A stretch of DNA of 63,593 nt, filler included, from Rhabdomonas costata (taxonomy: Eukaryota), in NCBI GenBank assembly GCA_019059605.1. It is 53 parts of 53 records of this genome, joined end to end, with 100 filler letters (N's around TTAATTAATTAA, not from the genome) between each part and the next. Parts side by side here need not be neighbours in the genome. Positions count along the whole stretch, not along the records: positions 60,084 to 61,185 come from JAHMHO010028532.1; positions 61,286 to 62,387 come from JAHMHO010028533.1; positions 62,488 to 63,593 come from JAHMHO010028534.1; 50 more parts are not named here. The stretch is one strand, 5' to 3'. Shown here piece after piece: positions 61,119-63,593 of the stretch. A model generated the notes under the pieces. It worked only from the letters and a program-made list of their open reading frames with translations. It was not told the origin of the DNA and searched no databases. Both the position numbers and the translations under genes were made by a program. The first letter of the stretch is position 1. Every line of letters starts with the position of its first letter.

Positions 61119-63593
61119 CTGCACACGCCCAGCGTACACACAAACACATACACTATCAGCCACTCAAGTTTCTGTACCCCCACAANNNNNNNNNNNNNNN
61201 NNNNNNNNNNNNNNNNNNNNNNNNNNNNNTTAATTAATTAANNNNNNNNNNNNNNNNNNNNNNNNNNNNNNNNNNNNNNNNNNNNGGCGCTGGTTATCAG
61301 CTGAGAAAATTCGCACATCACACTTGCGTGTGTGCCGGGTGTGCTCCGGCAATAAGGGAACATGAGGGGAAGAAAACGAGCAAGCCGGAATGCTTTGAGG
61401 ACAGAACCGCACTCGTCGGATTAGGGATCAGAAATTACAGAATCGAGGTGCTCTTAGCGAAAGTCTTTTTTGCCCTGATAAACGGGATTTATGTGGAATG
61501 TAATGAAACACCTATGGTCTTGGGCCGCTGGGCTTCGCGGCTCAAGACATGGAAAACCGCCCGCAGACATGTGCATCGCCTCCTAACCCCCCGCAAAAGC
61601 CTTTCGTGGGAATCGCAGGGGACATTCGCATCCTCTCGTGGTGACTGGGGACATCTGACCCCCCCAAAAAAAAACAGAGGGCCGTGTGTGTGTGTTGGGT
61701 GCATTGCGCGCTGGCTGTTGCCTGGTTGACTGGTTGCTTGCCTGCATTGTTTCGTTGCTGCTCAGGTCTCTGCGACTCCACATTCCTTCCTTGGGGGCCG
61801 AGTGTGTGTGTGTGTGTGTGGCAAAAAAAAAGCACTTGCATCGTGCTCTTCTGTGCGTTGTGTGAGTGGAGTTTAAGTACCTGCTTTTCGGTAATCTTGC
61901 CTCCATTCTGAGTGCAAAACTCGACCGCGTCCCGGACTTTCAGCGTTCGAGGCTTTTTGCTGGCATACCTACGTTGGGTTGGAAAGGGGTGGCGAGTGAT
62001 AGCGGCAGGCAGACATACACATTAGAGGCGCGTCCAACTTGCAAACCGAGTAGGATGACCAAATTCTAAAAAGCAAAATGCACACATAGAGCGGTAAATC
62101 GCTGATTAAGAAGCAGAAAGCCTCCTTCACAAAAGGTGACTGCCTCGCAAAGCTCCAATAGTAGTGAAGAGGGTAGCGACCCCCCCCCCCTGGAGGTGAA
62201 GCGATTGCCGGACAAATAGATCGATCTAAATCCTCTCTGAGGGCACTTTCAATCATGGACAGTAAAGAGTGAAACGAGGCAGTGCTTTTGCTCTTGGGCA
62301 CAAAGTCCAACAGCGCCTTCAGATGTTCCCACAGGCGACTCTTCCTTTGCGCCGCTTCTTCCTCTTCGCAGCAGACGGCAACCACAANNNNNNNNNNNNN
62401 NNNNNNNNNNNNNNNNNNNNNNNNNNNNNNNTTAATTAATTAANNNNNNNNNNNNNNNNNNNNNNNNNNNNNNNNNNNNNNNNNNNNAAACAAAATAAAA
62501 GAAATACAACGTCAGGGTTCAAGGTTTAGTGCGAGCTTGGCTGGAATCCTGGGGGAGGGGTCATCGCCACCAATTCCGGAGAGGAGGTTGCAATTGCCGA
62601 AATGTTACCGTAATATTTTTCCACGAATACAGCGCGCGTTTTGGTGGGTCGTATCCTTGGGGTTCTTGCTGGTGGTTTATGGAGATGGTATTGGACTTCG
62701 GGTGAATTGCTGTGACTGGGGTGGATTCTGTGGGTTACGCGGGTTCTGGTTCCATGTTCCTGTATCAGTGTCGGCATTGTTTTCCCTCGCTACGTGTGTT
62801 GCTTCGTTTCGTGCTTCCCGGTTGGTGGTGTGGGCTTGCATGGTGTCTGGAGTGGGCTGTGGGGTGTTCGGTCTCGGGTTCGGAAGCTGCGTTAGTAGTG
62901 CTGGGAACGTCTTCGAATTCGGCCTTCTGGTGTCATGGTGTCGTGGTTGGGTGTTGGTGTCTAGCCTTTGTTGTACTACTGGTGTCCTTCACTACGTCTT
63001 ATGCTTCTTCTGTGTGTGCTAGTGCTTCTGTGGTGATTGCGTGGGTCAGTATGGTATCCTGGGTGTCCGCGGTGGTGTTCGTTTTGGGGTTAGGTGCTTC
63101 CGCTTAGGGGTATTCCGTAGTCTCGTTGTTTCTTATTGACGCGCAAGCGTTTGTGTCTGGGTGGGTGTCATTGGGTTCGGGTTTGGGTTCCGCTCTGGTG
63201 TCCTTCGGTACGTCTTTGCCTTTGTTTACGCTGTTCGTGTGCTGTTTTCTGGTTTCAGACACGACCCCTCCCCCTCCACTCGCGGGCACACCGCCATCAC
63301 TGCGGCGTTTCTCTTCTGCATCCACCGGCGGAACCACCTCTGAATCACTTTCACCCGGAGCATCAGCCGCCGCAGCCGGAGCAAGAAGAGGTCGATGTTG
63401 CGACGCGTCACCAGCAGGGCGGTGGTGATTATTGTGACTGTGGCCCTGGCGCAAAACCCCCGCTCCAGGGGAAGCCTCCGCAGGCGGAACCTCCCGAACT
63501 CCGCTAGGAACTCCATCTGCCGCCCGGAAAGGCCGGATATCTCCAGCGGGGAACTCGCCGCGAACAGGTCCCCCTCGAGATTCACACCCACAA

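Noticed and set aside
62488..63593. Overlapping 100-160 aa ORFs on both strands
   Set aside because: G/T-skewed low-complexity sequence with no recognisable domain or splice-supported exon.

Overview
This window is not one locus. It is a concatenation of 53 unrelated contigs of about 1.1 kb, joined by 52 artificial 100-nt linkers (N44-TTAATTAATTAA-N44), so genes on either side of a linker have no real neighbourhood. Most contigs come from an intron-rich eukaryote with GT-AG introns, CA/CT microsatellites and TTAGGG repeats. It is probably a euglenozoan protist, inferred from ThrRS and SMC3 features as I recall them. G/T-only contig starts, C/A-only ends and a GenomePlex-type primer remnant point to a whole-genome-amplified sample. 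By splicing exons by hand I recognise fragments of Piwi/Argonaute, UTP20, ThrRS, DDX1, SMC3, a syntaxin, a HAD_SAK phosphatase, disintegrin repeats, a BTB-TBC protein, HAMP/cNMP/AAA signalling proteins, ankyrin, LRR and Sel1 proteins, an intron-containing NRPS (A-T didomain) and a CRE-like reverse transcriptase. One contig (8415-9516) is AT-rich and bacterial (ychF plus an FAD oxidoreductase) and may come from a symbiont or prey. I cannot support a complete novel multi-gene system. The best leads are the spliced NRPS, the bacterial contig, a ThrRS gene missing its motif-2 exon, an in-frame TAA inside an ankyrin exon, and recurring terminal hairpins and inverted repeats. Most ORFs in the supplied six-frame track are spurious.
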